Positions 9,599-18,822 of a DNA stretch of 47,969 nt are shown piece by piece (position 1 is the stretch's first letter; each line of letters begins with the position of its first letter). The DNA is from Promethearchaeota archaeon (GTDB taxonomy: Archaea > Asgardarchaeota > Lokiarchaeia > Sigyniarchaeales > SOKP01): assembly GCA_011364925.1 (NCBI GenBank), contig RDOA01000026.1, positions 1 through 47,969 on the forward strand. Reading direction: 5' to 3'. Below the pieces are notes generated by a model. It was not told the origin of the DNA and did not search any database. It was given only the letters and a program-made list of their open reading frames with translations. Made by a program: the position numbers and the translations under genes.

Positions 9599-10324
9599 TT
9601 ATTCTAAAAATTCCTCCCATTTTCTCTCTTCAATTCTCTGGGATATTAAAAAATTTTTTACTTCCCCTAACAAAATATGAGGATCAAATTCCCATGCTTC
9701 TTTTCTGTTGAAGGAAATGCATTCAATTTTATGTAGATTAAACAATGACTCTAAAATGAGCCCATAAGTGGCAACTTGTGGTAAAGATAGCATAAAGTTT
9801 CCTTCGGGTTTATAATCTATTACTTTTATGGTACTATTTTCAATTTGGATGAGATCGATATGTCCTGTAATGTAATCGTTTTTAATTTTTCTCCATATGG
9901 GAATCTCGATTGCAAGCGAATTCTTGTCTCGAATTAAAATGTTTTTTAAAATTGGTTCATGGCCAGGTTTTCTCCAAATTTCAGTGTTTTTAAAAGCTTC
10001 GAAGACATCGTTTACAAATTTAGGTAACCTTGAAGTGGAATTATGATGCCTAATTTTACCTTCTCGAATTAGTCTTTTGCTAAAACTTGAAATAAATGCA
10101 GGTTTCAATCCTCTAATTTTAAACTGTGAAACTCGTGGAAGTTCTCTCTGATTGAATAAATCGTTTGGAATTGTCCCTTGATATACATTTTTAAAATACG
10201 TTCCAAGAGTTCTGAATTCTTCTCTGTTTGGACCTGCTTGAGCTAGCTTTTCTTTATGATGAACTATATTCCAATTGAATGCGTAAGGGATATTTTGATG
10301 TATATATAATTTTTTCTTTAGCAT
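9599..10324 (-). CDS. PD-(D/E)xK (RecB-like) nuclease family protein
   Basis: E...GHIDLI...VIDYKP...QVATY motifs. Confidence 0.8.
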   Translation of the reverse strand: MLKKKLYIHQNIPYAFNWNIVHHKEKLAQAGPNREEFRTLGTYFKNVYQGTIPNDLFNQRELPRVSQFKIRGLKPAFISSFSKRLIREGKIRHHNSTSRLPKFVNDVFEAFKNTEIWRKPGHEPILKNILIRDKNSLAIEIPIWRKIKNDYITGHIDLIQIENSTIKVIDYKPEGNFMLSLPQVATYGLILESLFNLHKIECISFNRKEAWEFDPHILLGEVKNFLISQRIEERKWEEFLE

Positions 10325-10508
10325 AAAATTGAGCGTTCAGAGGAATGATATGTGATATTCATTAAGATAATTAATCTATATAATGATTCAATTTTAAAAA
10401 ATAAATAGTATTAATGTTTTATTAATTTCTGAAGTCTATTTTCTAAGAAGGACTAAAATATAATTAAACCATGTAAATCGTAAAGTCAAAATGTTTTTAA
10501 TGTTGAAG

Positions 10509-10643
10509 CGGACCCGGCAGGATATTCGTTAGAATTACATGTTAATTCAAAATTTCGAACCTGCGACTTTCGGATTAGAAGTCCGACGCCCTATTTACAC
10601 CGTTTTTACTGGAGTAAAAACAACCATGCTAGGCTACGGATCC
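10509..10643 (-). tRNA. tRNA-Arg(TCT) with two non-canonical introns (10595-10623, 10523-10553)
   Basis: Removing two BHB-bounded inserts gives a 75-nt cloverleaf GGATCCG...CTTCTAA...TTCGAAT...CGGGTCCG; CCA not encoded. Confidence 0.93.
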
Positions 10644-10780
10644 TTTGTTCAAAAATAATATGTGTAAATCTTGATTATGATTTTTATTAATTAACAAAGA
10701 ATTAAAATTTTATCATAATTTAAAGCGAAATAAACTACTTTAAGATATGTGATTATAGAATAGACATAGAAGTAATCGCT

Positions 10781-11929
10781 TTATTTAATAGGTTTGATGT
10801 TCGCATCTATCACAATCATATCAGCTTTGGGAGAATACGCTTTAACAATTTTAGATGTAATTACTTCCTCTACCTTCCATCCGATTCTATTCAGATGATG
10901 ACTTAAATCTTCTATACCTTTTTCAACTGAATTTGGTTTTTCACAGAATTGATAGAAATGCAGTATCCCTCCAGTACTTTTCGTAAGGAAACAAGCCACA
11001 TCTAGGTAATCAATTGAATGTTCCGGTAAATTCATGATTATTCTGTCTACTTGATTTTTTAGGGAAATTCCTAATTTATTAGACGATTTTACAAGTTCCT
11101 TGACATCTATATTATAAGCGAATATTTTACCAATCAATTTATTCAATTTTATATTTTCATTAAGATATTGATAAGCCACTGGATTAACATCAAATGAATA
11201 AATTTTCACATCGTTACTTCTCGCGATTTGAATAGAGATTGGCCCAACGCCAGCAAACATATCTACAATTACTTCATTTTTAGCCAAGTTTATGAAACTT
11301 AACCTTTTTCGCTCAAAAATTAATCTCGGAGAGAAGTAAGTATTTTTGACATCTAATTTAAAAGTGCAATTATTTTCGTTGTGAATAGTTTCAGATTTAT
11401 CTTTACCTGAAATTAATCGCAATTCTCTTAGCCGATACTGTCCTTTTATTTCGCTTGTTTTCTCGTATACAATCTCAACTATTTTATTCACCTTTATAAT
11501 CGCTTTCGCTACTTTTTTCTTAAAAAGTAAGGCTTTGTCCGCATTTAATGAGTTGAATCGATCAAATTCTATAATTGCGATTTTACCAATAATATCATAC
11601 GATTTTGGTATTAATTCTATAATATGTTCTGGTAATTCGCCAATTAATGCTTCCTCTATAGTACGCGATTTATAGTTTGGATCAAACTCCGCCTTAGAGT
11701 TAACAATTTCAAAGGATAGATCATTTAAATCGCTTTTCATTAATTTATTTAAACCATTCTTGCTTTTTATTAAGGGAAAAAGCACATAAGCTTCGCTATG
11801 GATAACTTTTTTCCTTTTATCAATTAATGTTTCATCGGAATAGCTCTTTTTAATTAATTCTAATAATGAATTAGCGGTTTCCTTTCTAACTTTTAAAAAC
11901 TTAGTTAGTTCTTTGTTTTCGTTACTCAT
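10781..11929 (-). CDS. trm5: tRNA (guanine-37-N1) methyltransferase Trm5/Tyw2 family
   Basis: YDIIGKIAI, YFSPRL, VDMFAGVGP, RIIMNLP. Confidence 0.88.
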   Translation of the reverse strand: MSNENKELTKFLKVRKETANSLLELIKKSYSDETLIDKRKKVIHSEAYVLFPLIKSKNGLNKLMKSDLNDLSFEIVNSKAEFDPNYKSRTIEEALIGELPEHIIELIPKSYDIIGKIAIIEFDRFNSLNADKALLFKKKVAKAIIKVNKIVEIVYEKTSEIKGQYRLRELRLISGKDKSETIHNENNCTFKLDVKNTYFSPRLIFERKRLSFINLAKNEVIVDMFAGVGPISIQIARSNDVKIYSFDVNPVAYQYLNENIKLNKLIGKIFAYNIDVKELVKSSNKLGISLKNQVDRIIMNLPEHSIDYLDVACFLTKSTGGILHFYQFCEKPNSVEKGIEDLSHHLNRIGWKVEEVITSKIVKAYSPKADMIVIDANIKPIK

Positions 11930-12353
11930 CTACATCAATTACTTGAAAATCGATTGAAATCTGTTGATCGAAATTAGTTAATTTTTTAATAAGAGAGCGA
12001 TTCAAGTCGATTGAGGATTTTGTACAGTTGATGAGTACAGTTCTATCGCAAGTAAAATTACTCTTTCGAAAAACCATATCTTTTTTACTTAGCAAGGTTA
12101 ATGATTTACTACCGTAGCCATAAAAAGAATCAAAGATATCATCTGCCTTTATTATAACCTCAATCTTATCTCCATTCAAAATTTTACGTTTTAATTCTGG
12201 AATTAAATCAAAACATGCTTTTGATGCCTTTATACCTAAAATGCAAGTCCCTTTTTTAGTAAGATAATCTTCCTTAGTTAACTCGATAGTTGTACTATGA
12301 GAACATTGTATAAAGGGATGTCCGGTTGCATTGATTGTATCTAAGATCGTCAT
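11922..12353 (-). CDS. DUF371 family protein
   Basis: GHPFIQCSHSTTIELTKEDYLT..G.CILGI, MVFRKSNF..DRT. Confidence 0.85.
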   Translation of the reverse strand: MTILDTINATGHPFIQCSHSTTIELTKEDYLTKKGTCILGIKASKACFDLIPELKRKILNGDKIEVIIKADDIFDSFYGYGSKSLTLLSKKDMVFRKSNFTCDRTVLINCTKSSIDLNRSLIKKLTNFDQQISIDFQVIDVDE

Positions 12354-12356
12354 TTC

Positions 12357-14003
12357 TTATCCCTCTCTGAAAAAGCTTGTAAGTTCGACTACAGTTCTAA
12401 ATTTAGAGATATACTTTCCATATTTTTTGTTTAGAAGATCAAATAGATCATAAATAGGATGTGTTTTAGGAAAGTCTTCGAATTCTTTAAATTGGTTTAT
12501 AAAACTATCTGGGATTAGAAATGCGCATTTTTTATAGTTAGTGGAGAACTTATCTATAAAATTTACCGAATTTATTAACGAATTTTGATAAATGTTATTC
12601 TTTATTGAAAATGTAGCACTTATTTCGTATTGTCCCATAGGAAACGATTCAATTAGCTCGTAAGGAATGATTCCATGAATAATGGAGTAAAATGCTAAGT
12701 GGAAATCCATACTTGGTATAAATTCGTTCCTTCTTATTTCTCTTAGCCAATTACTTATAAATTGTGAAGTCGTGCCTTTAACATCCAATTCTGGCATGAT
12801 AACGAGGAATTTGACATTTTTAGGAGGACGGTAATTTTCTAGAATCCTCTTTTCATATCGATATATTAAAGGTCTATTAATGCTTTCTTTGGAAGCATAA
12901 AGTCTCCCGTGACTTTTATATACCTTCTCATATTTCTCAAAAAAAGGTTTATTTAATTTTATTATATCTAATGCTTTTACTAAGTTAGGATGAGTACGAA
13001 CTCTTTGTTCCACTAACTCCCATAAATTGCCTTCTCTTATCGCTTGCCTTATTGTTTTTAATTCAGAGAACGATAAATAGAGGTTATGTTTTGCGAGCAA
13101 TTCGATCCTCAAATTATCTTCGAACTTCCTAATCTCTTTAGGAGAAAAATCAGAGCATATTGGACAATGACAAGGGAATTCTTCTAATTCTTCGAGTTTT
13201 TTTGTACCTGTCGAAAGGGTAAAGTAACGGTTTTCTTTTGCGTATAGCACGTAAGCCGCCGAGTCCATTAAATCGCATCCACAAGCGACAGCTAGAGAAA
13301 AGTATTGTGGTAGTCCTAATCCGAACATATGAATAGGTTTATTAGGAATAATGTGCTTTTTCGTTGTTATTAGCATTTGAGTTGTTAAATCGAATCTATA
13401 ATCTAAAAACGCTTTTACAATTCCACCTATAGCATAAACTCCAAAATCTAATTTACTCATTTCTAGGGAGCTTTCTTTTAACAAGTCTGAATACTTTCCA
13501 CCGTGTATAGGTCCAAACCAAGAGCAATCTGAACGAGTTCTTCTTTTAATATTATCCTTTGCTCTTTGAATTGTAGTTAATACTTTACTTTTTGCGAGTT
13601 CGTAGGAATCCTCCAATTGTACGGGGATATCTAAAATAACAGGAAAATCTGAACCGATATTCTCTTGAAATTTTTCAATTGTATTTGCATCGATATCTAT
13701 AGAATCATCATGATACATATACTGTTGAAACGCGCCACTATCTGTTGCGATTAACCCATCGTAGTTTAAATACTTATGAATTCCTTCTTTTGATACTTGT
13801 TCCCTCAATTTTTCACTCTTAAAAATAATATACGCGTTCGTAAAAAGACATTGCGCACCTATCTTCTTTAAATCCAGTGGGGAGACAATATTTGCAGCGG
13901 GATGGATTACTGGAAATAAATTTGGAGTAATCATTTCTTTATTGTTTAATTTGATCTGACCTAAGCGTGCTAAGGCGTCAATATCAAGTATTTCAAACTT
14001 CAT
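12357..14003 (-). CDS. tgtA: Archaeosine tRNA-guanine(15) transglycosylase
   Basis: TDSGAFQ, HMFGLG, GCDLMDSAAY, Zn site CHCPIC...H, LWELVEQR..HP. Confidence 0.95.
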   Translation of the reverse strand: MKFEILDIDALARLGQIKLNNKEMITPNLFPVIHPAANIVSPLDLKKIGAQCLFTNAYIIFKSEKLREQVSKEGIHKYLNYDGLIATDSGAFQQYMYHDDSIDIDANTIEKFQENIGSDFPVILDIPVQLEDSYELAKSKVLTTIQRAKDNIKRRTRSDCSWFGPIHGGKYSDLLKESSLEMSKLDFGVYAIGGIVKAFLDYRFDLTTQMLITTKKHIIPNKPIHMFGLGLPQYFSLAVACGCDLMDSAAYVLYAKENRYFTLSTGTKKLEELEEFPCHCPICSDFSPKEIRKFEDNLRIELLAKHNLYLSFSELKTIRQAIREGNLWELVEQRVRTHPNLVKALDIIKLNKPFFEKYEKVYKSHGRLYASKESINRPLIYRYEKRILENYRPPKNVKFLVIMPELDVKGTTSQFISNWLREIRRNEFIPSMDFHLAFYSIIHGIIPYELIESFPMGQYEISATFSIKNNIYQNSLINSVNFIDKFSTNYKKCAFLIPDSFINQFKEFEDFPKTHPIYDLFDLLNKKYGKYISKFRTVVELTSFFREG

Positions 14004-14029
14004 ACATACCCACTTTAAATCAGATATAA

Positions 14030-14626
14030 TTAGTCAAAAAACTTTTCCAAACGATCTTCTTGAAATAGCTTTTCTAACCAGTCCACCTTTCCTACTATAA
14101 AGTCATTTGAATCGATTTTTTTCATAAGAATATCTATTATTGTTTTTGAAACAGATTCGATACTTCTATTTGTAGTATCAATTTCTAGTATAGGCACATT
14201 TAATGGTTTATTTAAAAAATAATTAACACAATTGCCCAATATTTCTGATTGAACATTTTCTCTAATTTTTTCTTCTTTATACCCTCTACTTTTTAACCTA
14301 TTATATAATTCATCAGGTTCGCATCTTAAAATTATAACAAAGTTGATATATTGCTCGGGAACTATGTCAGAGAAATGGCTTTCAATTATTAAAAACTTGG
14401 GGTTCTCTTTATTTTTGTATTCTTCTATTAAACCAATTATATATTCTACTATTTTTCTATTATCTATAACGGAAGTTTCTCTTTTAGAGTCATATTTTTC
14501 TATTAAATTTTCTGAAATTGCTAGTTCGTTTAAGCTTACTACATTAGCTTCAATACAATTTGAAACATTGTTTGAGATTGTAGTTTTTCCCGTTCCGGGA
14601 GTACCAGAAACGACTAAAATTTCCAT
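14030..14626 (-). CDS. Adenylate kinase/ATPase of the Fap7/hCINAP (AK6) family
   Basis: SGTPGTGKTT, IIESH motif, RL..RGY...KI.EN..SEI. Confidence 0.9.
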   Translation of the reverse strand: MEILVVSGTPGTGKTTISNNVSNCIEANVVSLNELAISENLIEKYDSKRETSVIDNRKIVEYIIGLIEEYKNKENPKFLIIESHFSDIVPEQYINFVIILRCEPDELYNRLKSRGYKEEKIRENVQSEILGNCVNYFLNKPLNVPILEIDTTNRSIESVSKTIIDILMKKIDSNDFIVGKVDWLEKLFQEDRLEKFFD

Positions 14627-14750
14627 ATTCTATAAGATTAAATCTTCTATGAAATTTAAAAATAATATTTTAATTTCGAATTATTAGTCTTGAAAGTAGA
14701 AACTATAAAAAATTAGAGATTTGAGTTTAAATAAAAAATTATTGATAAAG

Positions 14751-14854
14751 TGGGAAAGGGGGGCTTCGAACCCCCGACCTCACGGTTATCAGCCGTGCGC
14801 TATACCAGGCTAAGCCACTGAAGAGATTTTTCGATTATAAAAATCCTCTCTCCC
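14751..14854 (-). tRNA. tRNA-Ile(GAT) with a 30-nt intron at 7/8 (14818-14847); 5' end may extend to 14868
   Basis: Anticodon arm CACGG-CTGATAA-CCGTG, T arm GGGGG-TTCGAAG-CCCCC; acceptor GGGAGAG/CTTTCCC is joined to the D arm only after intron removal. Confidence 0.88.
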
Positions 14855-15085
14855 AAGCTCGCATTCCCTTGTATGATAGAATGATCTTAATTATTTTGCT
14901 TTTAAGATTAATTTAATATTTTTTATAATGTATAACTAAAAAATTTTTTGAAATTTCATTTTTGACAAGAAATCTTCCATGAAGCCTCCGAGGGGATTGT
15001 ATCGCATTAAAGGATAATTTTTCATATGATAATGATTTAAAATTAATGAATTCATAGGATGTTATAGCATAAATGTATAATTAAA

Positions 15086-16285
15086 ATGATAATAGAGCCT
15101 TTCATTAAAGAATATATTCTTTTAGCTTTAAGGATTAACAGAATTTCTGATGGGTATGTTGACGCCTATTATGGCCCAGTCGAACTTGAAAAGATTGTAG
15201 AAACTGAGTTAATTAAATCACCAAAAGAATTGATAAATAAAGCTCGAATGCTTCAAAATAGTTTACCGGAACAAATAAGCGAACTTCCTCGTAGAAGATT
15301 TCTTAAAGCAAATCTTAAAGCTATGGAGGTTTTTTTAAACATTCTCTGTGGGAAAAAGATAGGTTTTACTGACCATGTTGAAGCGATACTTGGGATTAAA
15401 CCTGAAACTTTTCAAGATGATAGTGAATTTTATAAGCTTCAAGAAGAATTTAATTTAGTATATTCAGGAGATGGTATATTAACAGAAAGAATGGAATTAT
15501 ATAAGGAACGGAGGCGTATTCCTATTAAGAATCTCGTTTCTAATTTTAAAAGAGCTCTTGAATTAACATGTAATCGGACTAAAGAATTGTTCCCAGATTT
15601 ACTTCCAGAAAAAGAATCAATTAATGTTAAATTTACGGAAGAGAATGTAGGTTGGGCATTTTATAATCATTATAGGGGTGATTTTCGTTCTGTTATTGAA
15701 ATAAATCCTTTTCAACCATTATATTGGACAACTTTTTTGATTAATGCGGCACATGAAGGATATCCGGGTCATCATACAGAATTTTCAGTTAAAAATAATC
15801 TTCTTTCTAATCAATTAAATTGGAGTGAACATAGTTTAATCCTAATGAATACTCCTGCAGGAGCGATTACAGAAGGAATTGCAGAGTGTGCTTCATCTAT
15901 GCTTTTTTCTCCTAATGAGCACATAAGGATTGAATTGGAAGAATTTTGTCTTAAGCCTCTTGAAGAAGATCCAATTGAAATTTTAATTAAGCAGTTTGAG
16001 TTAAAACATAAGGTCAAAAAATTTTTTATTCACCTTGCTAACCTTGCAAATATAGATAATTGGTCCAAGAAAGAATTAATTGATTATGGTATGGAATTTG
16101 GTTTTCTACCTGAAATTAATTTAGAGAGTAGCATTTTATTCCTTCTAAATCCTAAATTTAGAATTATTTATTACACATATAACTATGGAAGAGAATTGAT
16201 TACTCGAAAGTTTGGATTTCCACCAAAAGTGGACGATTTTAGATATTTACTGTCAAATCCGGTTTTACCAAATGAGATAGTATAA
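15086..16285 (+). CDS. DUF885-like putative zinc metallopeptidase
   Basis: AHEGYPGHH, downstream EGIA, terminal YTYNYG. Confidence 0.75.
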   Translation: MIIEPFIKEYILLALRINRISDGYVDAYYGPVELEKIVETELIKSPKELINKARMLQNSLPEQISELPRRRFLKANLKAMEVFLNILCGKKIGFTDHVEAILGIKPETFQDDSEFYKLQEEFNLVYSGDGILTERMELYKERRRIPIKNLVSNFKRALELTCNRTKELFPDLLPEKESINVKFTEENVGWAFYNHYRGDFRSVIEINPFQPLYWTTFLINAAHEGYPGHHTEFSVKNNLLSNQLNWSEHSLILMNTPAGAITEGIAECASSMLFSPNEHIRIELEEFCLKPLEEDPIEILIKQFELKHKVKKFFIHLANLANIDNWSKKELIDYGMEFGFLPEINLESSILFLLNPKFRIIYYTYNYGRELITRKFGFPPKVDDFRYLLSNPVLPNEIV

Positions 16286-16562
16286 TTTCCAAATAAGCAT
16301 GGAGTTTAAATATCTCTTACTAGGATATATTGTAACAAAAATCAATTAGATGAGGGATTTCCTATGCCAAGTGGAAATATAATTCCAGAATAAGGATTCG
16401 ATTTTTGTATTTCTTTTATATTTTATTTCATTATACTTATATCTCTCCGTTAGAGTTATTAAAATTATGGAATTATAAGTATAAAATTAAATAATTATTT
16501 TCTTCTCAAGCCTTAAAATTTAATAAGTGAAAGAGTGTATTTTCTTATTATAGGTCTCAAAA

Positions 16563-17003
16563 GTGAATTCATTGTCGAAAATATTAAACTATTCAATTAT
16601 AGGTTTGGAAGATTATCTAATCAGTTTTGAAAGTTATTGTTCACCCTGTGATATTCAGAAATTTTGCAAGTATGGTAAAGCAGAACCTTTTACAATAACA
16701 ATAAATTGCGGAGATTTGAACCGAGCGAAAGAGAAAATCAAATTTGACCAGCTCCAGAAGTTACAAAAGAAAGAGGATGTTTCTGTGACTTACGAGGAGT
16801 TAATTAAAAAAGTCAAGATAAATGTGCAAAATATATTTAGCCAAATCTGGAAAGATAAGGTTAAAGCTCAAAAGGAAGAAATTAGATGTCTAGATCCTAA
16901 GAAAGTCGATTCCATGCTTGTAACTCAGCAGGGTCAAGACTGGTGGCAAGATTTTAACGCGACAATGAAAGAAATTAACCACGAATGTGAAAAAATAATG
17001 TGA
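16563..17003 (+). CDS. Hypothetical protein with Cys cluster
   Basis: CSPCDIQKFC...C; GTG start. Confidence 0.6.
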   Translation: MNSLSKILNYSIIGLEDYLISFESYCSPCDIQKFCKYGKAEPFTITINCGDLNRAKEKIKFDQLQKLQKKEDVSVTYEELIKKVKINVQNIFSQIWKDKVKAQKEEIRCLDPKKVDSMLVTQQGQDWWQDFNATMKEINHECEKIM

Positions 17004-17115
17004 TATATGTCTAAAGTCTTGAGAATCCTTATTTAGCTGGTTTTTTGTTTTTGAATTTTAATTTTATCAGAATAAAAGTGTAGTTTTTTTATAATTCATT
17101 TTAAATATATGTAAG

Positions 17116-17724
17116 ATGGAAATATCGAATCTCAATGATATAATAACTGATCCCATATATTACTTAGAAAACTTTTGTATCGCTTTTAATCAATATGTTC
17201 AAGTTTACTTTTTTATTTTTAAATACATATTTGTAATTGTTTTATTTGGTTGTGGAATTTTAACGCTTCTAAAAGCAAGAGGCATATATTTCAATTTTAG
17301 AAAATTCACTTCAGAGAAAGAAGAAATTAAAGTAGCCTCACTTACTAAGCCACGGTTAATAGTAGGCACTTTGTACATTGTAGTCGGTTTTGGAATACTT
17401 TTTAATTATTTAATATATTTTTTAATTTGGTTCTTGGATCCTATACCAGATCGATTAATCTTCGGTTTTTTTAGTCTTGATGAAATAGATCCTTATGCTT
17501 TGAATAGAATCTCTGATATCAATTTGGCAATTTTCCCACACGAAAAAACAATTTATTATATAATTGCCATCTTTTCATTTATCGGTACTGTTCATATTTG
17601 CTTTTCGATATATTTGTATTTTAATAGAGTAAAAAAGCCCAGAGTGGCATTTGTCTATTTAGTTAGTTATGTTCCATGGAGTATCCTATTTGGTTTTACG
17701 ACATTTATGCCACTTATGCTATAA
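17116..17724 (+). CDS. Hypothetical membrane protein (about 4 TM)
   Basis: Hydrophobic segments. Confidence 0.65.
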   Translation: MEISNLNDIITDPIYYLENFCIAFNQYVQVYFFIFKYIFVIVLFGCGILTLLKARGIYFNFRKFTSEKEEIKVASLTKPRLIVGTLYIVVGFGILFNYLIYFLIWFLDPIPDRLIFGFFSLDEIDPYALNRISDINLAIFPHEKTIYYIIAIFSFIGTVHICFSIYLYFNRVKKPRVAFVYLVSYVPWSILFGFTTFMPLML

Positions 17725-17927
17725 TATATTACGAATTATCTCCCATTTATATCATAAGATTTATATATCCAAGTTGCATATAGTTATTTTGCATTCAATT
17801 AATAAATCGATTTCAGTCACAAGAATTTGGATTTATTGTTCTTCAAAAAGATATTCAGTTAGTTTACACGGGAATTTAGGAAAGTTCACAGTTAAGGAAG
17901 TTTGTGTTTTAAAAGAGGTTTTTAAAA

Positions 17928-18815
17928 ATGGAAATAAATTCTAAAGTGAGTATTATATCAAATTTATGCCCAGAATGCGAAGGTAATACAATTTCAATCC
18001 AAGAGAAGGGAGAAATTGTATGTCAGCAGTGTGGGCTAGTAATAAGTGAAAGAATTGTAGATGTTTCTCATAGCGATAAAAGAGCGTTTACAAAACAGGA
18101 AAAAGAGAGTAGAGAAAGAACGGGGTCTCCAATCTCTATCCTTTTACCAGATATGGGTTTAAGCACTGTTATTGATAAAAAGAATATTAAGAGTCCTGAT
18201 TTAAAGCGAGCCGCAAAATGGAATTCTCGAATGACATGGGATAAACGCAACATGTTAATTGCGACTACAGAATTAAAAAGAATAGGAAGTAACTTAAATC
18301 TACCAAATCATGTAAAAAAAACAGCTATTCGACTCTATATAGAAGCTTTTAAGAAAAAACTATTGCGCGGTAGATCCATTAATGGTATGGTGGCCGCGTG
18401 TTTATATTTTGCATGTCGGGAGAGAAAAATCCCAAGAACGCTTCAAGAAATATTAGATCAAACTTCAGTCGATGCTAAAAATGTTAGAAGATGTTATAGA
18501 ACTATAATTCGTGAATTAAACTTGAAAGCACCTTCAACAAATCCGGTTTCTTTAATCCCTCGGTTTGTTGCTGAATTAAATTTAGATGCGGAAACTGAAA
18601 AAAATACAATCAGTATCCTACATTCGTTTGTTATTAAATATTCTACCAGTGGAAAAGACCCAAAGGGACTATGTGCAGGAGCCCTATATCTTGTTTGTAA
18701 AAAAAGAGATAAAAGGATTTCTCAAAAGGAAATTGCTAATGTTGTTGGTGTCACGGAAGTAACTCTTCGTTCAAGATATAAAGAGCTGGTAAATAAATTA
18801 AATATAAAAATATAA
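17928..18815 (+). CDS. tfb: Transcription initiation factor IIB
   Basis: Zn ribbon CPEC/CQQCG, LLRGRS, IPRTL, GKDPKG, SQKEIA..VGVTEVTLRSRY. Confidence 0.97.
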   Translation: MEINSKVSIISNLCPECEGNTISIQEKGEIVCQQCGLVISERIVDVSHSDKRAFTKQEKESRERTGSPISILLPDMGLSTVIDKKNIKSPDLKRAAKWNSRMTWDKRNMLIATTELKRIGSNLNLPNHVKKTAIRLYIEAFKKKLLRGRSINGMVAACLYFACRERKIPRTLQEILDQTSVDAKNVRRCYRTIIRELNLKAPSTNPVSLIPRFVAELNLDAETEKNTISILHSFVIKYSTSGKDPKGLCAGALYLVCKKRDKRISQKEIANVVGVTEVTLRSRYKELVNKLNIKI

Positions 18816-18822
18816 TTTTTTT

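Noticed and set aside
9599-10324. Possible Cas4 or CRISPR locus
   Set aside because: No Fe-S cysteines, no other cas genes, and no repeat-spacer array seen in the window
16350-16393. Micro-ORF MPSGNIIPE after GAGGG and an ATTTCC/GGAAAT inverted repeat
   Set aside because: Too short, with no corroborating context
16563-17036. Possible selenocysteine readthrough at TGA-ending genes
   Set aside because: No redox-motif context at the TGA and no SECIS-like element recognised
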